In this document: positions 43,820 through 53,902 of the stretch, piece after piece
Layout: every line of letters begins with the position of its first letter
Position numbering within the stretch: position 1 is the stretch's first letter
Source: Limisphaerales bacterium
GTDB taxonomy: Bacteria; Verrucomicrobiota; Verrucomicrobiia; Limisphaerales; CAIMTB01
Direction: 5' to 3'
DNA: 64,000 bases
Assembly: GCA_050250555.1 (NCBI GenBank)
Contig: JBFWOK010000002.1
Coordinates: forward strand, 8,053 to 72,052
Made by a program: the position numbers and the translations under genes
The notes under the pieces: generated by a model
What the model saw: the letters and a program-made list of their open reading frames with translations, nothing else
The model's database searches: none
What the model was told of the DNA's origin: nothing

Positions 43820-44042
43820 CCCCGAAACGGGATCTCACGGAGTCACGGAGGCACGGCGTTTCGGGCGGGGATTCCGGGATTCGCGAGCCTCGGGTTGGGG
43901 AATGAACGGTTTGGATCTTGGGCCGGACCGCACCTGCCGGCGTCATGCGGATCGTCGAGCCGAATTGTTTTCGCCGGGATCGTTCCCTGGATGCCAATTT
44001 CCGCTCTCCGATTCTCCGCGCCTCCGCGCCTCCGTGAGAGAT
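43820..44042. repeat. CACGGAG-family palindromic element (~220 bp) between the island and the esterase gene
   Basis: The left unit is cccgaaacg-ggatctcacggagtcacggaggcacgg-cgtttcggg (43821-43865): a 9-bp stem closing a loop of CACGGAG repeats. The right arm ctctccgattctccgcgcctccgcgcctccgtgagagat (44004-44042) is complementary to the left repeats, and it ends in cctccgtgagaga as in the 2.8-3.07 kb copies. Confidence 0.65.
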
Positions 44043-44084
44043 GGATTGCGGTCAGGGACCGCTCCGGCGCTAATCAATGGCGTC

Positions 44085-45251
44085 ATGAAACCCTCGCTGC
44101 TTTTCGCCCTGGCCCTTTGCGCCTTGGGCGCCTCCCGCGTGTTGGCCCAGACTCCCGCCGCCCCCGCGACCTCAGCGTCCGCCGCTCCTACCACCAACGC
44201 CGCGCCGCGCCGCGGACAGGGTCCGCCGCCTGTTCGATCGGCGGTTGTCGACGACGATCGCCGGGTCACGTTCCGCCTCCGCGCCCCGAAGGCGACCGAG
44301 ATCGCCGTCAACGGCCAGTGGCCCGACGGCCGAGCCCCAATGACCAAGGACACCAACGGCGTCTGGAGCGTCACCGTGGGCCCCGTGCCATCCGGTGTCT
44401 GGGAGTACGGGTTCCAGGTGGACGGCGTCGGCATGATCGACCCCGGCAATCCGGCGATCAAACCCATGCGCGAACCGCGCACGAGCATTCTGCACATTCC
44501 CGGCGAGCCGCCGCTCATCCACGACTTTCGCGACGTCCCCCACGGGGTGGTCCGACAGCACACGTACCGGTCGTCCTCGCTGAACCGGCTTCGCGAACTC
44601 GCGGTCTACACTCCCCCCGGCTACGACCAGAATCCCTCCGCCCAGTTCCCGCTGCTCGTTCTTCAGCACGGTTCCGGCGACAATCAGGCAACCTGGGTCG
44701 CCCACGGCAAGGCGCACTGGATCCTCGACAATCTCTTCGCCCAGGGACGCGCGGTTCCCATGGTGGTCGTCATGCTCGACGGGCACGCGGCGGTCGCGTC
44801 CGGGGGAGGCGGTCCGCAGAACAACACCGCGCTCTTCGAACGAGATCTGCTCGAGGACGCCCTCCCGCTCGTCGAATCCGCCTATCGCCTCAAGCCCGGG
44901 GCCGTGAATCGCGCCATCGTCGGACTCAGCATGGGCGGGGGTCAGTCCCTCACGATCGGACTGAAACACACCGACCGTTTCGCCTGGGTCGGCGGCTTCA
45001 GCGCGTCGGTGCCGTCCGCGGAATCCGTCGGTGCCGCGCTCGGCGATCCCGCGACGACCAACGGGCGGTTGCGGCTGCTTTGGATCGCCTGCGGCAAGGA
45101 CGATTTCCTGCTTCGCCGGAACGAGGATTTCATCGCCACGCTGAAAGAACGGACCGTCCGCCATGAATGGCGTTTGACGGAGGGCAATCACAGCTGGCCG
45201 GTCTGGCGGACCTACCTCGCTGAGTTCACGCCGCTCCTCTTTCAGCCCTGA
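44085..45251 (+). CDS. Exported esterase (putative esterase/PF00756-like, CE1-like) with N-terminal Ig/CBM48-like domain
   Basis: Start at ATG 44085 with a signal peptide (MKPSLLFALALCALGASRVLAQ). E-set-like VTFRLRAPKATEIAVNGQW...GVWSVTVGPVPSGVWEYGFQVDG, then YTPPGYD, LVLQHGSGDN, and the nucleophile elbow GLSMGGGQS. Confidence 0.85.
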   Translation: MKPSLLFALALCALGASRVLAQTPAAPATSASAAPTTNAAPRRGQGPPPVRSAVVDDDRRVTFRLRAPKATEIAVNGQWPDGRAPMTKDTNGVWSVTVGPVPSGVWEYGFQVDGVGMIDPGNPAIKPMREPRTSILHIPGEPPLIHDFRDVPHGVVRQHTYRSSSLNRLRELAVYTPPGYDQNPSAQFPLLVLQHGSGDNQATWVAHGKAHWILDNLFAQGRAVPMVVVMLDGHAAVASGGGGPQNNTALFERDLLEDALPLVESAYRLKPGAVNRAIVGLSMGGGQSLTIGLKHTDRFAWVGGFSASVPSAESVGAALGDPATTNGRLRLLWIACGKDDFLLRRNEDFIATLKERTVRHEWRLTEGNHSWPVWRTYLAEFTPLLFQP

Positions 45252-45312
45252 CCCCAACGGGCGGAATTGCGGCCTCGGAGCCGTTGGCCGGGAGTCGCCG
45301 CGAAAAGCCGGC

Positions 45313-45774
45313 TCAGATGTGGAAATCCAGGATCGCGCCCGACTCGCGGCCCAGGCGGTCCTGGTGTTCCAGCAGGTCGGCCAGGGTCGTTTCATCAAGG
45401 ACCCTGGCCGTGGCGTCCCGGACCTGTTTCATGACCGCGCGGATGGCGCACGTCTTTTCATCGGGACAATCCTGGCAGGGCACGTAGGCCGTCTGACTGA
45501 CGCATGGGATCGGCGCCAGGGGACCGTCGATCAATCGGATCACGCGACCGAGGGTCACGGTCTGGGGTTCGCGGTTCAGCGTGTAGCCGCCGCCCTTGCC
45601 GGGCCGGGCGCCCAGGATCCCCGCCCCCTTCAGTTCCAGCAGGATCGCCTCGAGGAACTTCCTGGGCAGGCGCTCCTTCTCGGCGATCTCCTTGATGAGG
45701 ACCGGAACACCCTTTCCCCTGCGGCCGAGGTGCATCAGGGCCTGGATTCCGTACTTGGCCTTCCGCGAAAGCAT
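45313..45774 (-). CDS. Rrf2 family transcriptional regulator (IscR/NsrR-like, Cys-containing)
   Basis: 153 aa. MLSRKAKYGIQALMHL...VLIKEIAEKERLPRKFLEAILLELKGAGIL...GKGGGYTL, plus a Cys cluster (PCVSQTAYVPCQDCPDEKTC). Confidence 0.9.
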   Translation of the reverse strand: MLSRKAKYGIQALMHLGRRGKGVPVLIKEIAEKERLPRKFLEAILLELKGAGILGARPGKGGGYTLNREPQTVTLGRVIRLIDGPLAPIPCVSQTAYVPCQDCPDEKTCAIRAVMKQVRDATARVLDETTLADLLEHQDRLGRESGAILDFHI

Positions 45775-45823
45775 CCCCGCGCAGTGTAGAAGGCGGCTTC
45801 CGGCAGGGGAGACAATTCCCGTT

Positions 45824-47116
45824 TCACCGAACTTCGAAAGTCAGGCGAACGAACTCGTTGGTGATCCGCCGTTGGACCCCTTCGAAGAGATCCACTTCGA
45901 ACGGCTTTCCGGGATTGTTCCCTGCCAGGTCCTCCAACGTGCCGCCCACCAGCAACTCGTAATCTCCCGCCTCCCACGGGGATTCGGGCACAAACAACCA
46001 TTGGCGTTCTTCGGCCGCCAACTCGGCATGCCCCTCGGGCACCGCCGCGGTCTTCGCACCCACGCGCACCACGCGCCTCGTCAAGGCGTCGTCCATTGGC
46101 TCGGGAAAACTCACGGTCAGCGCCTCGCGACTGCCCGCGCGCGGCGGATGGATCGTCCATCGGGTCGGATCCGGTGGCTCCCTGTCGGGTGGCCCCACCT
46201 CGAAGACCTTCTCAAGCCCGGCCCGAAGCTTCTGACCGGCCGCATCCCGCCAGTCCGGATCAATCGCCAGGGTGTAGCGGTTCCCTTCCGCGAGCGACGG
46301 CCCGATCTCCTCCAGCGGTTTGACGCCGCGCTTGATCCGGCCCGGATCGAGAAACAGCGTCAGACGCGTCATCTCGGGATTCCAGAGTTCCTCGTCGATC
46401 TCCAGAAAGGGCAACTCCACATCGTCGCCCTTCGCGTTGCGCAGGTGAATATGGTCGTAGATGTGACCGCGACTCATCGGCGCCGAGAAGTGCAGGTAGA
46501 ACTTCAACAGGTTCTCCGGCACCACTCTCGACGACGGAGCGATCCGGGTCACGGTCGTGCTCGGGTTTTCACTCCGCGCGGGTTCCCGGTGGATCGCGGT
46601 GAACGTCATCGCCGTGGGCAGGTCCCCGGATGGAAAGGCCTCCCGCCGCACGACGGCTCGATACCGCATTCCCGGCGACGGTGGGAACGCGGGAACGAAC
46701 CGAAGCGCGCCGGACTCCACGGAATAGGACCCCGCCATCGGCGGCAACGAGGGATCCAGCGTCAGGCCCGGCCCGTCGTCCACCTCCGCGTAGACAGCGA
46801 AGAACCGTTGCCAGGAGGAACCGGCGTTCACCTGACCGGCCACATCGCGCAAGACCTCGGGAGCCAATCCGCGCACTTCAGCGATTCGACGTCCTCCCTG
46901 GGATTCGACCTCCGCCGTCCAGACGACCGCGGCCGCCGCGGCGATTCCCGGGACCCGGACCCGCGGCTCCGTCGATCGGACAGCGCCGCCCACAGGCACC
47001 GGATCCGCACCACGCGCCGCCGACCGGATCAGCAACAGCCCGGTCAGGGTCAGAGTCAGGATCAGGACCCGGATCAGGACTTCCCGAAAGTCCCCGCGCC
47101 AGGCGCGCGCGATCAC
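45824..47116 (-). CDS. Hypothetical membrane-anchored/exported protein
   Basis: GTG start at 47116 overlaps the upstream TGA (GTGA). The N-terminal anchor is VLIRVLILTLTLTGLLLI. The body has ordinary composition (LLKFYLHFSAPMSRGHIYDHIHLRN...). No domain recognised. Confidence 0.6.
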   Translation of the reverse strand: MIARAWRGDFREVLIRVLILTLTLTGLLLIRSAARGADPVPVGGAVRSTEPRVRVPGIAAAAAVVWTAEVESQGGRRIAEVRGLAPEVLRDVAGQVNAGSSWQRFFAVYAEVDDGPGLTLDPSLPPMAGSYSVESGALRFVPAFPPSPGMRYRAVVRREAFPSGDLPTAMTFTAIHREPARSENPSTTVTRIAPSSRVVPENLLKFYLHFSAPMSRGHIYDHIHLRNAKGDDVELPFLEIDEELWNPEMTRLTLFLDPGRIKRGVKPLEEIGPSLAEGNRYTLAIDPDWRDAAGQKLRAGLEKVFEVGPPDREPPDPTRWTIHPPRAGSREALTVSFPEPMDDALTRRVVRVGAKTAAVPEGHAELAAEERQWLFVPESPWEAGDYELLVGGTLEDLAGNNPGKPFEVDLFEGVQRRITNEFVRLTFEVR

Positions 47117-48234
47117 GGGAGCTCGATGGACTCGAGATTCAGCGAACCACCGTCCGCGCGGCGCAGAACCAGCGCGTTCGCCGAGTCCAGCTGATCCAGT
47201 TGATCGACCCCGGTCCAATTCGCCACCGTCTCGTAGTTCAATCCGCGGGTCGCGCCATCCTTCACGGGTTCGCCGATCGCCTCGAGGGCCTCGATCTTGT
47301 CGGTGGACGCCTTCATCACGCCACGGCTGCTGTTGGCGAGGAGGAGGTACTCCTTGCCACCCTTCTGGTAGACGATCATGTCGAGGGGCCGGTTCCGGTT
47401 CCCCAGTTCGGCGATGGTCTTGCCCTGGATCTTCGCGCCGGGGCGGATCTGGTTCAGCGGGAACTGCACGAGCGGCGTGCAGGTGTAGGCCGCCAGAACG
47501 TGGGGTTCATTGCCCACGGTGAACGGCACGAACGTCCGGATCGGCGAGCGCGTTTCGAAGCGGCCGTGCGCGCCATGGTAGATCTCCACGCTCGATCCAT
47601 TCTCCACCGTGCCGAACGGGAACGGGATCGACCTCAGAGTGGACGCGAATTCCTCGTTGGACAGCCCCGCCACCAGCACCCGGTCCTTCAGAAACGCGAT
47701 GTCGGTGATGGATTCCGTTCGCGGATTCCCACCCCGCTGACCTTCGCGGGGAGGCGCATCCGCCGGAGCGTCGGGAAGTTCGACTCGGGAAAACTTCACC
47801 TTGTCGAGACTCACCACTTCGGGTGTGTGGTTCCCGCCTACGCGCACGAGGACCGGCGTCGCCGAGGGTCCGCGACCGCGAGAGACCGCGAGATAGACCT
47901 GACGGGATGCCGGGTTGACCGCCATGTCCTCGATCAGGATCTCCGACGGGGCCGCACCGAGCAGGGCCGCGACCTTGAGATTGATCCCCTCCACCTTCAG
48001 CGGCTTCGCCTCACCGCCAGGTTTGGAATCCTCCGTCGCGACGGCGACCAGGGCGGCGGCCTTGGTGTCGGCGATGAACAGGATCCCTTCGGGGCCGAAC
48101 GCGAGTTTGCTCGCCGACTTGAGCGCGGGATTCCCCGTTTGAAAGCCAGCGAGCCAGCTTTCCGGCGGACCGACCACCGCGCTGGCGGCGAGGGCGACAC
48201 TGGTGAACACGAGGGTACCAAGGATCGTTTTCAT
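47113..48234 (-). CDS. Hypothetical exported protein
   Basis: 373 aa with a signal peptide (MKTILGTLVFTSVALAASAVV). Normal composition. Translationally coupled to the downstream gene. No domain recognised. Confidence 0.65.
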   Translation of the reverse strand: MKTILGTLVFTSVALAASAVVGPPESWLAGFQTGNPALKSASKLAFGPEGILFIADTKAAALVAVATEDSKPGGEAKPLKVEGINLKVAALLGAAPSEILIEDMAVNPASRQVYLAVSRGRGPSATPVLVRVGGNHTPEVVSLDKVKFSRVELPDAPADAPPREGQRGGNPRTESITDIAFLKDRVLVAGLSNEEFASTLRSIPFPFGTVENGSSVEIYHGAHGRFETRSPIRTFVPFTVGNEPHVLAAYTCTPLVQFPLNQIRPGAKIQGKTIAELGNRNRPLDMIVYQKGGKEYLLLANSSRGVMKASTDKIEALEAIGEPVKDGATRGLNYETVANWTGVDQLDQLDSANALVLRRADGGSLNLESIELP

Positions 48235-48325
48235 GACATCGGGTCGGGTTGAATTGGGAAGTTCCTGAGGAGTTCAGTCCATGGAATGAACCGAATCCGT
48301 CCCGAGTTCAAGCGCGCGTTGCCCC

Positions 48326-49273
48326 TCAGGGATGGCCAGGGGGCGTGCGTTCGCCCGCACGGACCTCGAACGGCAGCCAACTCCCACGAGGCGGAAGTGG
48401 GCAGGTCGCGTACGGCGTGAACCCGCACGGCGGGGTGTAGGCCCGGTTGAAATCGAGGACCACCGACGAACCCGAAATCGGCCGCGCCACATACAGATAT
48501 CTCCCAGCTCCGTAAGTGGTTCCGCCGGCGGTTCGATCCCTGAAAATGACAAAAAAATCCTCCTCGCCGGGTTCCTCCACCGCCGGCAACCGGTGCTCCA
48601 CTCCCTGATGCGCGAAGACCAGATCCCCGACCACGCGCGTGTCCTGGGTCGCGCCGGTGACGTCCCGAACCCGGACCACCTTCGCCTCCCCGTGCGGTTC
48701 GAAGCGTCCCGGTATCCTCCAGGCCGGGTCGTAAGGGAAACACTCCAGACCCGCGAACTCCCTCCGCGCCACCGACTCCGGATCGCGCACCCGCACCCCC
48801 ATTCGATCGCCGCGGTCGAGAACCCAGAAGGTCAAACCTCCAACCCGGAGTTTCGTCGGCGTCAGACTGGCGTCGGAGACCAGGTCCATGTCCATCTCTC
48901 CGACCGACACGCCCTCCACCGTGACGTCGACCCCTGGGTTCGCCCGGAATCGGACCTTGCTCCCGGATCGGATCAGGATACCCACAGTCAACGGAGCCTT
49001 GCCCGCGGGAAGGACAACCGGATGGCCGGGATCCGATCCGACGGTGTTCTCGCCCTCCCGAAGCCAATGGAGTCCCGCCAATGTCAGCCAACCCTCGGGG
49101 CCGGCGATCGATTCGTGGCGACGTTCGCGCCACGCCAACCAGTCGGGAGGCGCCTCCGCCTCGGGCGATCCGACGCAACCGGCGAAGACAAAGGCCAAGA
49201 CGAAAGCCAGGCCGGTGACGCTCCGTGCCCACCGCGCGCGCGCAGGAACCCAAGTGGCCAACGGAATGTCCAT
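48326..49273 (-). CDS. DUF1684 domain-containing lipoprotein
   Basis: 315 aa. Lipobox (LAFVFAGCVGS). WLAWRERRHESIAGPEGWLTLAGLHWL, FPYDPAWRIPGRF, DRTAGGTTYGAGRYLY, and DFNRAYTPPCGFTPYATCPLPP, typical of DUF1684. Confidence 0.85.
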   Translation of the reverse strand: MDIPLATWVPARARWARSVTGLAFVLAFVFAGCVGSPEAEAPPDWLAWRERRHESIAGPEGWLTLAGLHWLREGENTVGSDPGHPVVLPAGKAPLTVGILIRSGSKVRFRANPGVDVTVEGVSVGEMDMDLVSDASLTPTKLRVGGLTFWVLDRGDRMGVRVRDPESVARREFAGLECFPYDPAWRIPGRFEPHGEAKVVRVRDVTGATQDTRVVGDLVFAHQGVEHRLPAVEEPGEEDFFVIFRDRTAGGTTYGAGRYLYVARPISGSSVVLDFNRAYTPPCGFTPYATCPLPPRGSWLPFEVRAGERTPPGHP

Positions 49274-49322
49274 CAGGCGCGTTCGACCTCGACCTCGACC
49301 TCGACGGCGACGAAGGCCCGCC

Positions 49323-50600
49323 TCACGCGCGGGCGGATCCGCGGGGAGACCGGTGGGTCGCGGTGCTCGAGAGATTCTTGGGTCCGTTGACCTGGGAGTT
49401 GACCCGGAGGCGCAGGCCGTTCAGCCGGATGAAACCCGTCGCGTCGTCCTGGTTGTAGGCCTTGGTCGGATCGGCCTCCATGGTGGCGATGTTGGGATTG
49501 TACAGGCTGACGGGGCTCTTGCGGCCGGCCGCGAGAATGTTGCCCTTGTAGAGCTTCACCCGCACCGTGCCGGTCACGTTCCGCTGGCTTTCCTCGACGA
49601 GCGCCTGGAGCGCGAGGCGTTCCGGCGCGAACCAGAATCCGTAGTACACCAGTTCGGAGTACCGCGGGATCAGGGAATCGCGGAGATGCATCACCTCCCG
49701 ATCCATGGTGAGGCTTTCGATCTGGCGGTGGGCGAAGTGCAGGATGCTGCCACCCGGGGTCTCGTACACGCCCCGGCTCTTCATCCCCACGAAGCGGTTC
49801 TCGACCATGTCGACCCGGCCGACACCGTGCTTTCCGCCGAGCTTGTTGAGCGCCCGCATGACGGCGAGCGGAGAAAGCTCCCTTCCATTCACCGCCACGC
49901 AGTCGCCCTTCACGAAGTCCAGCGTGACGTACTCGGACTTGTCCGGCGCGTCCTCGGGAAACACCGACAGCGTGTTGAAGAGCCCGCGGTGCTTGAGGTT
50001 TCCCGCCTCGAACCACGGGTCCTCCAGAATCCCCGCCTCGTAGGAGATGTGAAGCAGGTTGCGGTCCATCGAGAAGGGCTTCTTGGCGGATGCCTGGACG
50101 GGAATGCCCTTCTCGTCGCAGTAGGCGATCATTTCGGCCCGTCCGGGAAACTGCTTCCGGAACCGTTCGTCGCGCCACGGGGCGATGATGTCGAGATCCG
50201 GCGCCAGCGCGGCCGTCGTCAGTTCGAAGCGCACCTGGTCGTTCCCCTTGCCCGTCGCGCCATGGGCGATCGCGTCCGCCTTCTCGATGGCGGCGATCTC
50301 CACCATCCGTTTCGCGATCAGCGGCCGCGCGATCGACGTGCCGAGAAAGTACTGCCCCTCGTACAGCGCGCCCGCGCGCAGCATCGGGTAGATGAAATCC
50401 CGCGCGAACTCCTCGCCGAGATCGTCGATGTAAAGGCCGGACGCCCCCGTCTTCCTGGCTTTGCGATCCAGTCCCTTGAGTTCCTCCTCCTGGCCGATGT
50501 CCGCACAGAAGGCGATCATCTCCGCCTGGTAGGTTTCCTTGATCCACGAGAGCAGCACCGAGGTGTCCAGACCGCCCGAGTACGCGAGAACGATTTTCAT
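49323..50600 (-). CDS. argG: Argininosuccinate synthase
   Basis: 425 aa. [30 protein letters not shown], and the remaining canonical ArgG motifs throughout. Confidence 0.95.
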   Translation of the reverse strand: MKIVLAYSGGLDTSVLLSWIKETYQAEMIAFCADIGQEEELKGLDRKARKTGASGLYIDDLGEEFARDFIYPMLRAGALYEGQYFLGTSIARPLIAKRMVEIAAIEKADAIAHGATGKGNDQVRFELTTAALAPDLDIIAPWRDERFRKQFPGRAEMIAYCDEKGIPVQASAKKPFSMDRNLLHISYEAGILEDPWFEAGNLKHRGLFNTLSVFPEDAPDKSEYVTLDFVKGDCVAVNGRELSPLAVMRALNKLGGKHGVGRVDMVENRFVGMKSRGVYETPGGSILHFAHRQIESLTMDREVMHLRDSLIPRYSELVYYGFWFAPERLALQALVEESQRNVTGTVRVKLYKGNILAAGRKSPVSLYNPNIATMEADPTKAYNQDDATGFIRLNGLRLRVNSQVNGPKNLSSTATHRSPRGSARA

Positions 50601-50772
50601 GTTTCCAATGCCGGTCCGCAGTCAACGGCATGCCGACGGGCCGGGGAAGACCGATTTTGCCCCCGCCCGAACCGCGGCATCTCGAACTTGCAGGCGGTCC
50701 TTCACGGTCAGGGTCGGAATCGGCATCGGTATCGGGTTCGTTCGGGGACCGACGCTCAAGTCTCGATCGGGA

Positions 50773-51172
50773 GCGCACAAAGTACCCGTCCCTTGGGAGC
50801 GTTGTGTTCTCCGCGGCCAACCGCCCGTCCTGGTTCGCGTCCGGAGCCCCAACGGGGCGGGAAAGGATAGCCCAGGGCAAGTCCCGCGGCAGCGGGACGG
50901 CGCCCTGGGTTCTACGCCCGTGAAGCCTTCGAGCCCTGTAAGGGCGACACAACGGCCGGCGGGATCGCGATGGGTTTCACGTGATCGGATTCGCGCGGAG
51001 GAGCGGTGGCACCCTTTCAGGGTGCGAACCCACGCGTGGTCCACCACCCAGGGCGGGGTCCCTCGGCCGCCTCGGGACCCTGCCCTGGGCTATCCAAGAT
51101 CGCCCCGTTGGGGCTCAGAACACCGCTCCGCCAGAGGACAGGTTTCTCGGGCGCACAAAGTACCTGTCCCTT
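50773..51172. repeat. Composite intergenic repeat: 22-bp direct repeats flanking a ~43-bp inverted-repeat pair
   Basis: Direct repeats gcgcacaaagtacccgtccctt (50773-50794) and gcgcacaaagtacctgtccctt (51151-51172) differ at one position. The inverted pair is gagccccaacggggcgggaaaggatagcccagggcaagtccc (50844-50885) against gggaccctgccctgggctatccaagatcgccccgttggggctc (51074-51116). Confidence 0.65.
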
Positions 51173-51184
51173 AGAAGTGCCATG

Positions 51185-51208
51185 AAAGCGGTGCGGAGCA
51201 CCGCACTC
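51185..51208. repeat. 24-nt dispersed hairpin repeat, copy 1 (aaagcggtgcggagcaccgcactc)
   Basis: Identical 24-mer to 62225-62248, in the same orientation. It contains the hairpin gtgcgg-agca-ccgcac. Both copies are intergenic. Confidence 0.75.
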
Positions 51209-51228
51209 CAAAGCGGCGCACAAAAGCC

Positions 51229-53625
51229 TCAGGCGCCGTCCCCGGGACCGCTTCGCGCCGAGGCGTGCAGGCGTTCGAGGTTCACGCGAACCTCCTCGAA
51301 CCCCTTCTCCAGCGCCTGGAACATCTCCGCGTAGGCCTCCTCGTCCCGCGCATCCCGGTGCTGCTCGATGGTCAATCCGATCTCCCGCATCTCGTGCAAC
51401 CCGAAGATCCCGCAACTGCCCGCCAGCGAATGCGCCGCCCGCGCGAAACTCGCCCGATCGGGACAAGTCGCCAACCGCCGCAGTTCCTCCAGCCTGGGCG
51501 GCGTGTCCGCGAGGAAGGACGCCAGCAGTTCGGCCGTCGCTTCCGCGCCCAGTTCCTTACGCAACTGCCCCACCGTCGCCTCGCAGGGATGCGGATCCCT
51601 GCCTTCCACGAAAACGTGGCCGTCCCCAGGGTCAACGCCGTGTGTCGACGGAACGGTGGCGCCGTTGCCGTTCGAATCCGGCTTCACGGGCAGGTTCCAC
51701 GCCGCGGCGTCGTCCTCGTCGGGTTGGCGCGCGAAACGCGCGATCGCGGCCCGCAGTTCCTCGAGTCGCACCGGCTTGCTCAGGTAGCCGTCCATGCCCG
51801 TCGCCAGGCACTTCTCGGCGTCGCCCCGCAGCGCGTTCGCGGTCAGCGCCACGATCGGAATCCGCGGGCGCCCCTCCAACTCGGCCGAGGTCTCGCGCCG
51901 CCGGATCTCGCGCGTCGCGGTGTACCCGTCCATCACCGGCATCTGGCAATCCATCAGGATGAGATCGTACGGCAGCCGTTCCCAGGCCTCGACGGCTTCG
52001 CTGCCGTCGTTCACGAAGTGCGGGCGGTACCCCAGTTTCTGAAGCATCAACATGGCCAACCGCCGGTTGATGTCGTGGTCCTCCGCCACGAGGATCCGGA
52101 GGTTCGGGGGCAGAACCGGTCCCGCCGACACCGGCCGCCGGATGAATTCGGATTCGCCGTGGACCTGAACCGGGGACGGCGAAGCCGCCAGCAGGAGGGT
52201 GTCCAGGAGCGCCGACTGCTTCACGGGCTTCGGCAGTTGCGCGACCACGCCAGGCACCTCGCACGGGATGAGGCTCTCCGACACGGACGCGATCAGGATG
52301 GTCGCCGGCGGGTGCTCCAGGGAGCGGACCCTCTTCGCGAGCGCTATTCCGCTCAAGTCGGGGAGATGCCGTTCCACGATCATGTGCGGCACCGCGCGCC
52401 CCTCGCGGGCCGCCGTGGAGAGGATTTCCAGCGCCGCCTCGCCCGAGTCCGTTTCCAGCGGCTCCATGCCCCAGCCCCGCACCATCGCGCTGATGCCTTC
52501 CCGCGTGACGGGCTGATGGTCCACAACGAGGATTCGAGCGCCGACCAACCCGCCGGGAACGGGCATCGAAGCCGGCACCGAGCCTTTGCCCAGTTCCACT
52601 TCGAGCCAGAACGTCGAGCCAAGATCCTTCCGGCTCTCGACGCCAATCACGCCGCCCATCAGTTCGACCAACCGACGCGAGATGGCCAGGCCCAGGCCGG
52701 TTCCTCCGAACCGCCGGGTCGTCGTGGTATCCGCCTGAACGAAGGGCGCGAACAGACGCTTCTGCGCTTCGGGCGGGATCCCGATCCCGGTGTCGCACAC
52801 TTCAAAGCGAATGCGCGTCCGCGTCGGGTCCATCGAGGCGCACCGAACCCGCAGCACCACCTGACCCTTCTCCGTGAACTTGATCGCGTTCCCCACGAGG
52901 TTCACCAGGATCTGACGAAGCCGGCCGTCGTCCCCATGAACCGCCACCGGCACTTCCGATCCCATGACCGCCGCCAGTTCCAGGCCCTTGTCCTGGGCTC
53001 GCGAAGCCAGCAACTCCAGAACTCCGTCCACCAGGGTTCGCAAATCGAAATCCGTAGGCTCCAGAACCATCTCACTCGATTCGATCTTCGAGAAATCCAG
53101 GATGCCGTTGATGATCTCGAGCAGCGACTCACCGCTCGTCCGAACCGCATCCACGAATTCGCGCTGCCTCGGCTGTAGCCCGGTGTCCAACAGCAGCCCC
53201 GTCATTCCGATGATCGCGTTCATCGGAGTGCGGATCTCGTGGCTCATCACCGCGAGGAACTCGCTCTTGGCCCGGTTCGCCGCCTCCGCCTCGTCCCGCG
53301 CGCGCCGCGCCTCGTCCTCCGCTTTCCTACGCTCCGCAACCTCGGTCCCCAATCCCCGCATGCGCGCCTCCATCTCGGCCCGGGCTCGAACCAGGGCTTC
53401 GTCCCGGACAGGCGCCAGTAGAAACCGCTCGACCCAGGCCGAAGCCGGAAACGCACCCACCAGGATCAATGCCAACAACCCGCCCACGACCCACCCGGGA
53501 TCCCCACCTTCCCAGGCGCCCGGATTCATGAACGCCGCGAAGGCGAACCCGAGCATCACCGACAACGCGCCCGTCACGCCCATGACAAGCCGCAGCCTTC
53601 CTCGCGTTGTTCGCATCCAGCTCAT
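51229..53625 (-). CDS. Hybrid sensor histidine kinase/response regulator (HisKA-HATPase_c-REC-REC-Hpt)
   Basis: 798 aa. Two N-terminal TM helices and a coiled coil. H-box [20 protein letters not shown]-boxes [22 protein letters not shown], a second receiver [18 protein letters not shown]...[15 protein letters not shown], and Hpt [12 protein letters not shown]. Confidence 0.9.
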   Translation of the reverse strand: MSWMRTTRGRLRLVMGVTGALSVMLGFAFAAFMNPGAWEGGDPGWVVGGLLALILVGAFPASAWVERFLLAPVRDEALVRARAEMEARMRGLGTEVAERRKAEDEARRARDEAEAANRAKSEFLAVMSHEIRTPMNAIIGMTGLLLDTGLQPRQREFVDAVRTSGESLLEIINGILDFSKIESSEMVLEPTDFDLRTLVDGVLELLASRAQDKGLELAAVMGSEVPVAVHGDDGRLRQILVNLVGNAIKFTEKGQVVLRVRCASMDPTRTRIRFEVCDTGIGIPPEAQKRLFAPFVQADTTTTRRFGGTGLGLAISRRLVELMGGVIGVESRKDLGSTFWLEVELGKGSVPASMPVPGGLVGARILVVDHQPVTREGISAMVRGWGMEPLETDSGEAALEILSTAAREGRAVPHMIVERHLPDLSGIALAKRVRSLEHPPATILIASVSESLIPCEVPGVVAQLPKPVKQSALLDTLLLAASPSPVQVHGESEFIRRPVSAGPVLPPNLRILVAEDHDINRRLAMLMLQKLGYRPHFVNDGSEAVEAWERLPYDLILMDCQMPVMDGYTATREIRRRETSAELEGRPRIPIVALTANALRGDAEKCLATGMDGYLSKPVRLEELRAAIARFARQPDEDDAAAWNLPVKPDSNGNGATVPSTHGVDPGDGHVFVEGRDPHPCEATVGQLRKELGAEATAELLASFLADTPPRLEELRRLATCPDRASFARAAHSLAGSCGIFGLHEMREIGLTIEQHRDARDEEAYAEMFQALEKGFEEVRVNLERLHASARSGPGDGA

Positions 53626-53902
53626 GGCTCAGCGAGTGATCCCCTTACCCATCGGCATCCGCACGGGAGTCTCTTAGCCGGTTCCACCGTTTCCCATGCC
53701 GACCATCCTCCGTGTCACCACCCGTGATGACAGCTCCCGCCAACGCACGCAAGTCCCTGAATGAAAGGATGTTTCGTATCCAACTTCCCTACCGGAGACC
53801 CCCTAGTTGTGCCGATGTAGCCAAGCGCTGTATCCGACCCGGTCCGGTCCATTCCATTCGCAAAGTCCGTGCCGGGTACGAACCACCCCGAGTCGAACCT
53901 CA

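Noticed and set aside
37216-44084. Integrative mobile element with att sites
   Set aside because: I found no integrase, recombinase, transposase or tRNA gene, and no convincing direct repeats at the island borders by eye. Only the compositional shift and neighbouring palindromic repeats support foreign origin, so I do not call a mobile_element feature.
46630-50952. Long ORFs 46630..48252 +, 48888..50870 +, 49273..50952 - and 48231..49253 -
   Set aside because: All overlap well-supported minus-strand genes (two exported hypotheticals, DUF1684, argG) in other frames or on the other strand, and they are Arg/Pro/Gly-rich.
51265-53178. 637-aa plus-strand ORF and 388-aa minus-strand ORF (51632..52798)
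   Set aside because: They are shadow ORFs of the hybrid histidine kinase gene, whose H-box, G-boxes, REC and Hpt motifs identify the real frame.
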